DNA from: Candidatus Shapirobacteria bacterium
GTDB lineage: Bacteria > Patescibacteriota > Microgenomatia > UBA12405
Direction of reading: 5' to 3'
NCBI GenBank assembly: GCA_041661765.1
Contig: JBAZTV010000001.1
Location: 135,755-199,754 of the forward strand
Length of the DNA: 64,000 nt
The position numbers and the translations under genes are program-made. Each line of letters opens with the position of its first letter. Positions within the stretch are counted from its first letter, which is position 1. Below, in pieces: positions 29,391 to 39,896 of this stretch. Under the pieces are notes generated by a model. That model searched no databases and was not told the DNA's origin. It saw only the letters and a list, made by a program, of their open reading frames with translations.

Positions 29391-29403
29391 TTTTACAAAT
29401 TAA

Positions 29404-31080
<1,677 letters not shown>

Positions 31081-31091
31081 TTTATTCTTGA

Positions 31092-31130
31092 AGTTGGGGG
31101 CGGACCGATGTGTCCGCCCTTTTCGTTTAA
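31092..31130 (+). terminator. Rho-independent terminator after groEL
   Basis: GGGGCGGAC-cgatgt-GTCCGCCC followed by TTTTCGTTT. Confidence 0.6.
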
Positions 31131-31178
31131 AAAAATAAATTATTATTTTTTTTGATAAAATAGGCTTACTCTAAATCC

Positions 31179-31249
31179 GACGCGGTAGTCAAGCGGTTAG
31201 ACAGCAGTCTGCAAAACTGCGTAGATGGGTCCGACTCCCATCCGCGTCT
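31179..31249 (+). tRNA. tRNA-Cys (anticodon GCA)
   Basis: GACGCGG/CCGCGUC acceptor, anticodon stem GCAGU/ACUGC loop CUGCAAA, T-arm AUGGGUCCGACUCCCAU. Confidence 0.8.
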
Positions 31250-31372
31250 CAAATTAAACTTCATCCTATAATTGATTTTTCCCATAATTTTTAATAGAAT
31301 TACTCGTATTATTATTTAATCTATTGCAGACTAAATAAATAATATAGTTCCTTTAAAAATCAGTAAAACTAT

Positions 31373-31771
31373 GTGAAAGGTGGTTCACCAATGTCAAGAA
31401 AAATAGAAACATCTAAAACAAACTCAACTCTATATCAAGCCTTACACCCAACTTATACCCCAATTAGGGTAAATTATATCGCCCACACTGAAGACGGAGT
31501 CTTACATCACGTAACCGAATTTGGGGAAAATGATCACAGTATAAACTCCATTGATGTTCTCGCAAAAATTGGTAATTCTTCAAAGAAAGAATTAAATTTT
31601 TCTATTGAAGTTCAAAGCCTGGTAATTAAAAAGACATTTTGGATTAAATTTTGTCTTAAAAAGAACAATTTAGAGTATCAAGAAAATAATAAAGAAATCG
31701 TTCTACCATTTCGAGTATTTTTTATCTTATTTTGTAAAAATATAAAAATGAAAATACTTAAAGCGATTTAA
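31373..31771 (+). CDS. Hypothetical protein
   Basis: ORF track only; start may be internal Met at 31391. Confidence 0.3.
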   Translation: MKGGSPMSRKIETSKTNSTLYQALHPTYTPIRVNYIAHTEDGVLHHVTEFGENDHSINSIDVLAKIGNSSKKELNFSIEVQSLVIKKTFWIKFCLKKNNLEYQENNKEIVLPFRVFFILFCKNIKMKILKAI

Positions 31772-31854
31772 AATTTCAACAGTTTTATTGATTTTTATTT
31801 TAAACCGGGCAGGTCAATGCATTTTTTTAAATGTATACTTGCCCATTCTTTCCG

Positions 31855-32409
31855 TCAAAATTTTTTACAAACATTATTTGCCCACATTCCAACTTTTCTC
31901 TCTTTTGCTATTTTTTCAACCTCTTTAAATTCCGTCTGAAATTTATAAGCAGTTTTATAAGTAAATTCTTCAGCCATTCCTTCTTCTATTAATTTTTTAT
32001 TAACCAAAATTCCATCATCCAAATAAACATATCGCAATAATCGATCATATTTATCTTTATCATCCTGACTATTATCGGCCTCTAATTTTATTTTTTTATT
32101 ACCAATTAATTCTTTTATTTTCTCCGCCGATTCCTTTCCAAAACATTCATTTGTTTCCGGAGTATCAATTCCAATCAATCTTATCGATTTTTTATCGCCA
32201 TTAATTTTTATTATTATAGTATCTCCATCAACCACTCTTATTAATTCGACTAAATCTTTTTCAACTATTTCTGTCGGTGTTATTTCAATTTTATTTTTAA
32301 TTAGAATACTTTCTTTAGTTTTGTCGACTAAACATTTAATTAAAAATATTATTAATCCAATTATTAAAATTAATAAAAACAATCCGCCAAATTTTTTTAT
32401 AAACTTCAT
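31855..32409 (-). CDS. Thermonuclease (staphylococcal nuclease-like) with N-terminal membrane anchor
   Basis: VVDGDTIIIKINGDKKSIRLIGIDTPET...RLLRYVY SNase motifs. Confidence 0.75.
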   Translation of the reverse strand: MKFIKKFGGLFLLILIIGLIIFLIKCLVDKTKESILIKNKIEITPTEIVEKDLVELIRVVDGDTIIIKINGDKKSIRLIGIDTPETNECFGKESAEKIKELIGNKKIKLEADNSQDDKDKYDRLLRYVYLDDGILVNKKLIEEGMAEEFTYKTAYKFQTEFKEVEKIAKERKVGMWANNVCKKF

Positions 32410-32448
32410 TTATTAAAAATTATATCTTTTTTACGATAAAATCAGCCT

Positions 32449-33300
32449 ATGATAAATTTACACATCGCCACTTCTCATGGTTTTTGTTTCGGTATCAATA
32501 GGGCTATTAATTTAGCCAAAGAAACATCAGAAAAATATTCAAAAAATATTTACTTTCTTGGAGAAATCGTCCACAACCAACATGTTGTTGATTGGTTAGA
32601 ATCAGAATTGGACATAAAAACAGTTCAATCAATTAATGATATTCCCAAAGGTTCAGTTGTAATTATTCGTGCTCATGGTGCTCCACCATCAACTTTTAAT
32701 CAAGCTACCACCAAAGGTCTTACTATTATTGATGCCAGTTGTCCTCTTGTTTTAAAATCACACCAAACTGTTATTAATCTTAAAAATCAAAATAAAAAAA
32801 TAATTTTTGTTTGCAATAGTATTACTCACGATGAAACAATTGGTGTTGTAGGTGAAGATCCTTCTTCTGTCATTCCAATTACGATTAAAGACATCACCAA
32901 TTTTATAATTGATGACCCTATTAATTATGTCGTCATGACTCAGACCACTCTTTCCACATTAGAAACCAAAAATGCTCTAGATTTTCTTAAAAATAAATAT
33001 CCAAAAGTCACTATTTTACCCCACATTTGTCAAGCCACCACCGATCGTCAAAACACTATTATTAAATTAAGCCAAACTTGTAGCCTAATTATTATTGTCG
33101 GTTCTTCTACTAGTGCCAACTCCAACAGTCTTCAAAAAGTTGCTAAAGAAAGTGGCACTGTTAGTTATATTATTGACAATGTCTCAGAATTTAATCCAAA
33201 ATGGCTTCTTGGTCACCAGGAAATTGGCATTAGTTCTGGTGCTAGTACCCCCGAATCAATTTTAGAAGAAGTTATTCAAGAAATAAAAAAATATGCATAA
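32449..33300 (+). CDS. ispH: 4-hydroxy-3-methylbut-2-enyl diphosphate reductase
   Basis: SHGFCFG, IVHN, three-Cys pattern and SSNS motif. Confidence 0.85.
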   Translation: MINLHIATSHGFCFGINRAINLAKETSEKYSKNIYFLGEIVHNQHVVDWLESELDIKTVQSINDIPKGSVVIIRAHGAPPSTFNQATTKGLTIIDASCPLVLKSHQTVINLKNQNKKIIFVCNSITHDETIGVVGEDPSSVIPITIKDITNFIIDDPINYVVMTQTTLSTLETKNALDFLKNKYPKVTILPHICQATTDRQNTIIKLSQTCSLIIIVGSSTSANSNSLQKVAKESGTVSYIIDNVSEFNPKWLLGHQEIGISSGASTPESILEEVIQEIKKYA

Positions 33301-34348
33301 AAAATATAAATCAAAAGAAGTTAAGGTTGGTAACTTAATTCTTGGTGGTGATAACCCAGTTCGAGTTCAATCCATGTGTAACACACCCACTAAAAACATT
33401 AAAGCCACCGTTGCTCAAATTCTAGAATTAGAAAAAGAAGGTTGTGAAATTATCAGAGTTGCTATTCCTGATATAGAATCCGCCCGTACTATTGGTGATA
33501 TTAAAAAACAAATAAATATTCCCCTAGTTGCCGATATCCATTTTGATCATTTACTCGCACTAGAAGCCATTAAACAAGGAATTGATAAAGTCCGAATTAA
33601 TCCAGGTAATATTGGATCAGAAGAAAAAGTTAAATCAGTTGTCAAAGCTTGCCAAGAAAAAAATGTTCCAATTAGAATTGGTGTTAATGTTGGCTCAATT
33701 GAAAAAGAATTATTAAGTAAATTTGGCCCCACTCCAAAAGCCGCTGTAGAATCATGTTTAAAACATGTCAGAATTTTGGAAAAGTTAAATTTCAAAAATA
33801 TGCTTCTTTCTATTAAATTTAATGATGTCCCTCAAATGATTGAAGGTTATCGACTTTTAGCCAGCAAGGTCGATTATCCACTTCATCTCGGTGTTACTCA
33901 TGCTGGCACTGCTTTTATGGGTAGTATTAGAAATGCCATTGGTATCGGCACTCTTCTTCAAGAGGGAATTGGCGCTACTTTACGTGTTTCTTTAACCGCT
34001 CCCACCAGTGAAGAAATTAAAGTTGGTTGGGCCATTTTACGCAGTTTAAATTTAAGACAGCGCGGCCCGGAATTAATTTCTTGTCCAACCTGTGGTCGCA
34101 CTGAAATTGATTTATTTTCCCTCGCCAACAAAGTTGAAGAAGCTTTAAAAAACATTGAAACTCCCATAAAAGTTGCCGTTATGGGCTGTGTTGTTAACGG
34201 TCCTGGTGAAGCCAGTGAAGCTGATATTGGCGTTGCTGGTGGAAAAAATTGTGGTGCTATTTTTGTTAAAGGACAAATTATTAAAACTGTCCCAGAAAAT
34301 GAAATATTACCAAGTTTATTAGAAGAGATTAAAAAACTAACGAACTAA
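33293..34348 (+). CDS. ispG: 4-hydroxy-3-methylbut-2-en-1-yl diphosphate synthase (GcpE)
   Basis: GGDNPVRVQSM, CPTCGRT, MGCVVNGPGE. Confidence 0.85.
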   Translation: MHKKYKSKEVKVGNLILGGDNPVRVQSMCNTPTKNIKATVAQILELEKEGCEIIRVAIPDIESARTIGDIKKQINIPLVADIHFDHLLALEAIKQGIDKVRINPGNIGSEEKVKSVVKACQEKNVPIRIGVNVGSIEKELLSKFGPTPKAAVESCLKHVRILEKLNFKNMLLSIKFNDVPQMIEGYRLLASKVDYPLHLGVTHAGTAFMGSIRNAIGIGTLLQEGIGATLRVSLTAPTSEEIKVGWAILRSLNLRQRGPELISCPTCGRTEIDLFSLANKVEEALKNIETPIKVAVMGCVVNGPGEASEADIGVAGGKNCGAIFVKGQIIKTVPENEILPSLLEEIKKLTN

Positions 34349-34797
34349 TCTCCCATCACTTGCACCAAAACTTTTCTCGGTCGACAACAATCCAATTCAA
34401 TCGCAAAAATTCTTTGCCACACTCCCAACATTATTTTTCCGTCAATAATTGGAACAGTCTCCGAATTTCTCATTAATAAATGAGTACAATGTGAATGACC
34501 ATTCAAACAATCTGAAGCTGCCGATTGACAGACCAAATTTTCAGTTCTCACCGATAAATCATTGTGCTGATAATAATCATTTTTAGGGATTAATTTTCCC
34601 ATTAATTTTTTAAAATCGGATACAATACCTTTCTCTTTTTCATTAATACAAATCGCCAAAGTTGTATGAGTCGAATAAACTAACACATTTCCATTTTTTA
34701 TTTTTACTTCTTTTACAAATTTTTTTACATCATCTGTCAAATCCTTAAATTCAAAATTTTCTTGACTAACATATTCGATTGTCATGTTTTTAATCAT
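34345..34797 (-). CDS. YjbQ/UPF0047 family protein
   Basis: HTTLAICINE...NGHSH..HLL..SETVPI..GKIMLGVWQRIFAIELD signature. Confidence 0.8.
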   Translation of the reverse strand: MIKNMTIEYVSQENFEFKDLTDDVKKFVKEVKIKNGNVLVYSTHTTLAICINEKEKGIVSDFKKLMGKLIPKNDYYQHNDLSVRTENLVCQSAASDCLNGHSHCTHLLMRNSETVPIIDGKIMLGVWQRIFAIELDCCRPRKVLVQVMGD

Positions 34798-34825
34798 AAC
34801 AACTTAGTCGAGACCTATTTTAAAA

Positions 34826-35170
34826 TCATTTACTTCTCATCACTCTAATTATCCAGTACCCCAAATATGCCAACAAAAAAAATTCAATTCCACTCACTAT
34901 CAAAAAAAATATTCCCACTCCATTAATAATTAATCCAAATCGATAATAATCCCAAACAACTCTCGCCATATAATAAACCAAAAACGGCATCAAAAAAACT
35001 ATTCCTACTAAAAACATTTGCGATTTATCTCTATCTTTCACAATTAATTTTTTAAACGTCAAAAATGGCTCTTCAATCATATGATACAAATTACATAATA
35101 ATTTCCAAATTTGTCGGACAATTATCAAAAAAATTAATTCTGTTATTTTTTTAATCCTTTTCTTGATCAT
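34826..35170 (-). CDS. Hypothetical membrane protein, possible anti-sigma factor (overlaps and follows ECF sigma gene)
   Basis: Position immediately downstream of sigma factor with 20-nt overlap; TM helices. Confidence 0.35.
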   Translation of the reverse strand: MIKKRIKKITELIFLIIVRQIWKLLCNLYHMIEEPFLTFKKLIVKDRDKSQMFLVGIVFLMPFLVYYMARVVWDYYRFGLIINGVGIFFLIVSGIEFFLLAYLGYWIIRVMRSK

Positions 35171-35657
35171 AAACCCAAGCCTCCCTGAATTTTTTCTTAG
35201 CTCTAATTAATTTTGATTCCACCGCCTTACCTGTCAATTTTAAATTTATTGCAATTTCATTTATTTTCATTCCTTCTATATATTTTAGTCGTAATATATC
35301 CTTATATCCTTTACTTATTTCTGCCAAAGTTTTTTTAATTTCTTCTTTTAATTCATTTTTAAGGACATCTCTTTCTGGAGTTAACGCCTTATCAGCAATT
35401 TCTTCAAATTCAGGTGAAAACGAGAATAAAATTGTCTTCAATTTTTTCTTTCGATAATAATCAATTATTTTATGCTTAGCAATACTACATATCCAGCTAA
35501 ATTCATTACAATCTCCCTTAAAATTAGACCGACACATCATTGCCGCCATCATAATATCATTAGTTAATTCTTCTATAACTCCTTCATCGTCAATCTTTTG
35601 ACTGACAAATTTTTTCACCCCCAAATAATATTTTTTATAAAAATTATCCATCGACAT
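35151..35657 (-). CDS. ECF-type RNA polymerase sigma-70 factor
   Basis: Region 2 (FSWICSIAKHKIIDYYRKK) and region 4 HTH (ILRLKYIEGMKINEIAINL..TGKAVESKLIRAKKKF). Confidence 0.75.
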   Translation of the reverse strand: MSMDNFYKKYYLGVKKFVSQKIDDEGVIEELTNDIMMAAMMCRSNFKGDCNEFSWICSIAKHKIIDYYRKKKLKTILFSFSPEFEEIADKALTPERDVLKNELKEEIKKTLAEISKGYKDILRLKYIEGMKINEIAINLKLTGKAVESKLIRAKKKFREAWVYDQEKD

Positions 35658-35680
35658 TACTATTATAACTTATATAAACT

Positions 35681-35729
35681 TCTCCCTTTATTAAGGGGAG
35701 ATGTCCCGCCACTGGCGGGACAGAGAGGA
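35681..35729. repeat. Bipartite palindromic element copy (intergenic, upstream of transketolase)
   Basis: TCTCCCTT-TATTAA-GGGGAGA-TGTCCCGCCACTGGCGGGACA-GAGAGGA. Confidence 0.65.
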
Positions 35730-35747
35730 TTAATCTATACTTAATTA

Positions 35748-36536
35748 ATGTTCCCGTTTATTAATACCAATCCACTCCAAAAAATCAGTCAAAATTTGCG
35801 TCATGATTTATTGGATATGGTCTACAAAAACGGCGGACACATCGGCGGGTCATTATCATCAATCGATTTAATTACTACCGTTTATTTCGGGAATCTCTTT
35901 AATTTAAAAAAAGATCATTTTATTTTATCCGCTGGTCACTTAGCTCCGGCTCTTTACACTGTTCTCGCCAATGCTGGTTATTTCGATAAAAAATTACTCG
36001 ACACTTATTCAAATTTCACATCCATTTTACAAGGTCATATTTCCACCGAAGTTCCCGGAGTTAATTATTCTTCCGGCGCTCTTGGACAAGGTCTCTCTTT
36101 TTCTTGTGGTTTGGCTCTGGGTGATCCAAAACATACCACCATTTGTCTCACCAGCGATGGTGAACACCAAGAAGGTCAAATCTGGGAATCATTGCTTTTC
36201 GCCAAAAAGTATAAATTAGGCAATTTAATTAATATTGTAGACTTTAACCAATTTCAAATCGACGGTTCAGTTTCTGAAATTATGCCTCTCGACAATTTAG
36301 CTGCCAAATATATTCAATTTGGTTGGACAGTTACCACTGTCGACGGTCACAATTTTAATCAAATAATTTCTGCCTTAAAAAAAGCTGTAGAGACGCGCCA
36401 TGGCGCGTATCCTGTCTGTATTATTGCTAAAACAACCGTTGGTAAGGGAATCTCCTTTATGGAAAATAATTTTAAATATCATGATGTTAAAAAACTTTCC
36501 GAAAGTTTATATAATCAGGCCAAATCAGAACTATGA
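35748..36536 (+). CDS. Transketolase, N-terminal subunit
   Basis: GGHIGGSLS, GALGQGLS, TSDGEHQEG ThDP-binding motifs; contains in-frame GC palindrome ACGCGCCATGGCGCGT. Confidence 0.85.
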   Translation: MFPFINTNPLQKISQNLRHDLLDMVYKNGGHIGGSLSSIDLITTVYFGNLFNLKKDHFILSAGHLAPALYTVLANAGYFDKKLLDTYSNFTSILQGHISTEVPGVNYSSGALGQGLSFSCGLALGDPKHTTICLTSDGEHQEGQIWESLLFAKKYKLGNLINIVDFNQFQIDGSVSEIMPLDNLAAKYIQFGWTVTTVDGHNFNQIISALKKAVETRHGAYPVCIIAKTTVGKGISFMENNFKYHDVKKLSESLYNQAKSEL

Positions 36537-37516
36537 TAAATTCTATTCGCCAATCATTTGGTGACACCCTCACTAAATTAGCTAAAAATAATAAAAATAT
36601 TTTTGTTGTTAATGCCGATTTAAAATCATCACTTTTTCTAAATGATTTTGCTAAAAAATTCCCTCGTCGTTTTATTGAGTGCGGCGTTGCCGAAAACAAT
36701 GCAGCGGCCGTTGCTGCTGGTCTTGCTCAAACTGGAAAAACTGTTTTTTTAACTTCTTTTGCCTGTTTTTCTCCCGCCATTAATTGGAATACCATTAAAC
36801 AATCAATTTGTTACAACAATTCTAATGTCAAAATTATTGGTTCCCATGCTGGTCTTATGAGTACTGATCTTGGCGCCACCCATCAAATGCTTGAAGATTT
36901 AGCCTTAATGCGCTCTCTTCCCAACATGGAAGTTTTTTCACCTCTTGATGCCCTTGAAACTGAAAAAATTATTAAAACCATTTCCTTTAGTAAAAAACCA
37001 GCTTACATTCGTTTAGTTCGTCCCTCAACCCAAAATCTTTTTGATCCAAAATTCGATTTCACCATTGGCAAATCTCATATTTTACAATCTGGCAAAGACA
37101 TCACCATTATTGGTCATGGGCCCATTTTAGAAGAAGCTTTTCAAGTCCAGGCTAAACTAAATTTAGACAATAAATACAAAAAAATTTCTCTCGAAATTAT
37201 CAATTGTTCATCTATCAAACCTCTTGATACTTTCACCATTTTAAAAAGCGTTAAAAAAACTGGACACCTAATTTGTCTTGAAGATCATCAAAAAAATGGA
37301 GGGCTAGGGGAGGCAGTCGCTTCTCTAATTCTAACCAATAATTTTTCTTGTAAATTTATTCATTTGGCCGTCGATAATAGTTTTGGCCGTTCAGCTAAAA
37401 CTTATCAGGAGCTGTACAATTATTATGGCATCGGCGTTAATGATTTACTTTCCGCCGTTACTTCTCTCCTCGTTAAGGAGAGATCCGGTTTATCCGGAAA
37501 GAGGATTTTAAAATAA
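36533..37516 (+). CDS. Transketolase, C-terminal subunit (C-terminal tail encoded by palindromic element)
   Basis: Pyrimidine-binding and C-terminal domains; last 17 aa SLLVKERSGLSGKRILK encoded by element 37463-37509. Confidence 0.85.
   Translation: MINSIRQSFGDTLTKLAKNNKNIFVVNADLKSSLFLNDFAKKFPRRFIECGVAENNAAAVAAGLAQTGKTVFLTSFACFSPAINWNTIKQSICYNNSNVKIIGSHAGLMSTDLGATHQMLEDLALMRSLPNMEVFSPLDALETEKIIKTISFSKKPAYIRLVRPSTQNLFDPKFDFTIGKSHILQSGKDITIIGHGPILEEAFQVQAKLNLDNKYKKISLEIINCSSIKPLDTFTILKSVKKTGHLICLEDHQKNGGLGEAVASLILTNNFSCKFIHLAVDNSFGRSAKTYQELYNYYGIGVNDLLSAVTSLLVKERSGLSGKRILK
37463..37509. repeat. Bipartite palindromic element copy (encodes C-terminal tail of transketolase C-subunit and its stop)
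   Basis: TCTCTCCTC-GTTAA-GGAGAGA-TCCGGTTTATCCGGA-AAGAGGATTTT; hairpin 2 identical to copy at 28506. Confidence 0.7.
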
Positions 37517-37517
37517 A

Positions 37518-38363
37518 ATGAAAACATTACGTCAACTTTTAACCGAATATCGCGCCACCGGCAAAGCCATTCCCGCCTTTAACATCGACTCATTTGAAAT
37601 TTATCAAGCTGTCGAAGAATCGGTCAAAGAAACCGGTTTGCCTTGCATTGTTCAGCTTTCCGCCGGCGAAGATAAATTTATTCAAGCAGAACGTCTTTTT
37701 GTTTTAGTAAAAAAAGCTCAACTCGATGGCTTGCCGATTTATTTAAATATGGATCACGCCTTCGACCAAGTTCGTTTAGAAAAATTAATTAGTCTTGGTT
37801 TCGATATGGTTCATTTTGACGGTTCTAAAATGGACTTTTATACTAATTTAGAAACCACCCAAAAATTTATTCATACTCTCAAAAATCATTACCCACACAC
37901 TCTTTTTGAAGTCGAATTTAATAAAATTAATTTAGTTGACACCCAAGTTTCGGAAAACAGTTTTACTGATCCAAATCAAGCTTACGAATTTATAACTCAA
38001 ACTTCTGCCGATCTTCTGGCTGTTTCTATCGGCAATCTTCATGGTATCAGTTTAAAACTACCAGAGACCATCGATTTAAATTTATTAGCCAAAATCAAAA
38101 ATAAAATTCCCGAAGATCGATTCATTACTCTACATGGCGGTTCCGGTATTAGTTCAGACCAAATTACTCAAGCCATTCAACTCGGTGTCGTTAAAATTAA
38201 TATCAATACCGAATTAAGAATTAATTTTAATCAATCACTCGCCAAAATTTATTCCCAAGAGGTTAGTCAAAAAATTTACGATAATTTCTCTCCCGCCATT
38301 GATGAATTAAAAAATATTATCAAATCAAAATTACTTCTTTTTTCCACTTCTAAATATGCTTGA
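37518..38363 (+). CDS. Class II ketose-bisphosphate aldolase (fructose-bisphosphate aldolase family)
   Basis: IPAFNIDSFE, YLNMDHA, HFDGS, LHGGSG motifs. Confidence 0.8.
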   Translation: MKTLRQLLTEYRATGKAIPAFNIDSFEIYQAVEESVKETGLPCIVQLSAGEDKFIQAERLFVLVKKAQLDGLPIYLNMDHAFDQVRLEKLISLGFDMVHFDGSKMDFYTNLETTQKFIHTLKNHYPHTLFEVEFNKINLVDTQVSENSFTDPNQAYEFITQTSADLLAVSIGNLHGISLKLPETIDLNLLAKIKNKIPEDRFITLHGGSGISSDQITQAIQLGVVKININTELRINFNQSLAKIYSQEVSQKIYDNFSPAIDELKNIIKSKLLLFSTSKYA

Positions 38364-39276
38364 TGTTATTTCCATTGGCGGCGCCACCATCGATATTTTT
38401 GTTAAATCTCCACAATTTATCGTCGACAATAATTTATTATCTTTGGAATATTCCTCCAAAGCCGAAATCAGTCAAAGTTTAATTTGCAGTGGCGGCGGAG
38501 CCACTAATTCCGCTGTTTCTTTTAGTCGTCTTGGCTTAAAATCAATTTGTATTTCCCTAATTGCCGATGATCATTTAAGCAATTACATCATCGACGATTT
38601 AAAAAAAGAATCAGTCAACACCAATCTTTTAATTAAAAATAAAAAAGATACCACTGATTTTTCTATTATTTTAGTTGCTCCTGATGGTGGTCGGTCTATC
38701 CTTACCAATAGGGGAGACACTCGACTCGAAGAAAAAAACATTAATTGGGATAAAATCCCTAAAACCAAATGGTTTTATATTACTTCCCTTGAGGGTAATC
38801 TTGATTTATTAGAAAAATTAATCGGTTTTGCCAAAGAAAATAACACTAAAATTGCCCTAAATCCAGGCAATCGTGAATTAGTCCAAAGAAAAAAACTTCT
38901 ACCTTTATTAAAGCTAGTTGATTTTTTACTTTTAAATAAAACCGAATCGGAAACTTTAGTCGGTCTTAATATTGATGATAAAGATTTTTGGACTCATCTA
39001 GTTTCTCTTTCACCACCCACCACTGCCGTTACTAATGGTCGCAATGGTGCTTTTGTTTTTGCTGATGGTAAACATTATTTCTCTCCTATCATTAATGTTA
39101 AACCAGTTGATGAAACCGGCGCTGGTGACGCTTTTGGTTCTACTTTTGTCAGTGCTCTAATTTACAAAAACACTCCTCAAGAAGCCCTCTTTTGGGCCAT
39201 CAAAAACTCCGCCTCTGTTGTGTCCGCTCTCGGCGCCAAACCCGGTCTTCTTACTCTTAAACAAATTAAAAAATAA
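38356..39276 (+). CDS. PfkB-family carbohydrate kinase
   Basis: GGATIDIF, GGGATNSAV, DETGAGDAFGSTFVSAL. Confidence 0.8.
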   Translation: MLDVISIGGATIDIFVKSPQFIVDNNLLSLEYSSKAEISQSLICSGGGATNSAVSFSRLGLKSICISLIADDHLSNYIIDDLKKESVNTNLLIKNKKDTTDFSIILVAPDGGRSILTNRGDTRLEEKNINWDKIPKTKWFYITSLEGNLDLLEKLIGFAKENNTKIALNPGNRELVQRKKLLPLLKLVDFLLLNKTESETLVGLNIDDKDFWTHLVSLSPPTTAVTNGRNGAFVFADGKHYFSPIINVKPVDETGAGDAFGSTFVSALIYKNTPQEALFWAIKNSASVVSALGAKPGLLTLKQIKK

Positions 39277-39281
39277 ACCCC

Positions 39282-39896
39282 ATGCTTCCTAAACAAGAAA
39301 AAATCAAAAAGAAACCAGACACTGAACAGCCTGGTCTTTTTGATAAAGTAGATGAAAAAAAACGCCTTGCTAAAAAAAGAAAATTTATTTACATTGCCAT
39401 GATTTTAACTGTCGGCCTCAGTTTGTCTTTCTGGGCCTATCGTTCGATTAAAAATTTTAAAATGCCAACTTTAAATATCCCAGTTTCTTCACCAAAAACT
39501 ACTTCTATAAAAACCACCAATAGCTTTACTTTACCAAAAGACACCAATTCAACTTGGTCTTTTTTCTTAAAAAGAATCGATACTAATTCCGTTATTTATC
39601 AAAACAACCAAGATATTATTTTTTCCACTCAAGATCAAAATTCTATTTTAAATAAAATTAATCAAACCGATTTTATTACCCCAAGCCTTTATTCTTCTAC
39701 TCTCCCTCAAGGTCTTAAAATAAAAGAAATTGTCGAAGAAAATGATTCTACTTTTTCTTATTTTTCTACCATCACCACTCCTGCGCAGCAATTACTTTTA
39801 ATTATTAAAATTATTGATTCCAAAGATTTGACTCAAGCTAAAAATTCAATTCCCGATTTAATTAATCAACTGTATTGGTATTCTCTTCAAAAATAA
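39282..39896 (+). CDS. Hypothetical membrane-anchored protein
   Basis: ORF track; one TM then Ser/Thr-rich. Confidence 0.35.
   Translation: MLPKQEKIKKKPDTEQPGLFDKVDEKKRLAKKRKFIYIAMILTVGLSLSFWAYRSIKNFKMPTLNIPVSSPKTTSIKTTNSFTLPKDTNSTWSFFLKRIDTNSVIYQNNQDIIFSTQDQNSILNKINQTDFITPSLYSSTLPQGLKIKEIVEENDSTFSYFSTITTPAQQLLLIIKIIDSKDLTQAKNSIPDLINQLYWYSLQK

Noticed and set aside
29351-29395. CIRCE heat-shock operator expected near groES/groEL
   Set aside because: The TTAGCACTC-N9-GAGTGCTAA consensus is absent; only the GC palindrome between groES and groEL is present, which is reported separately.
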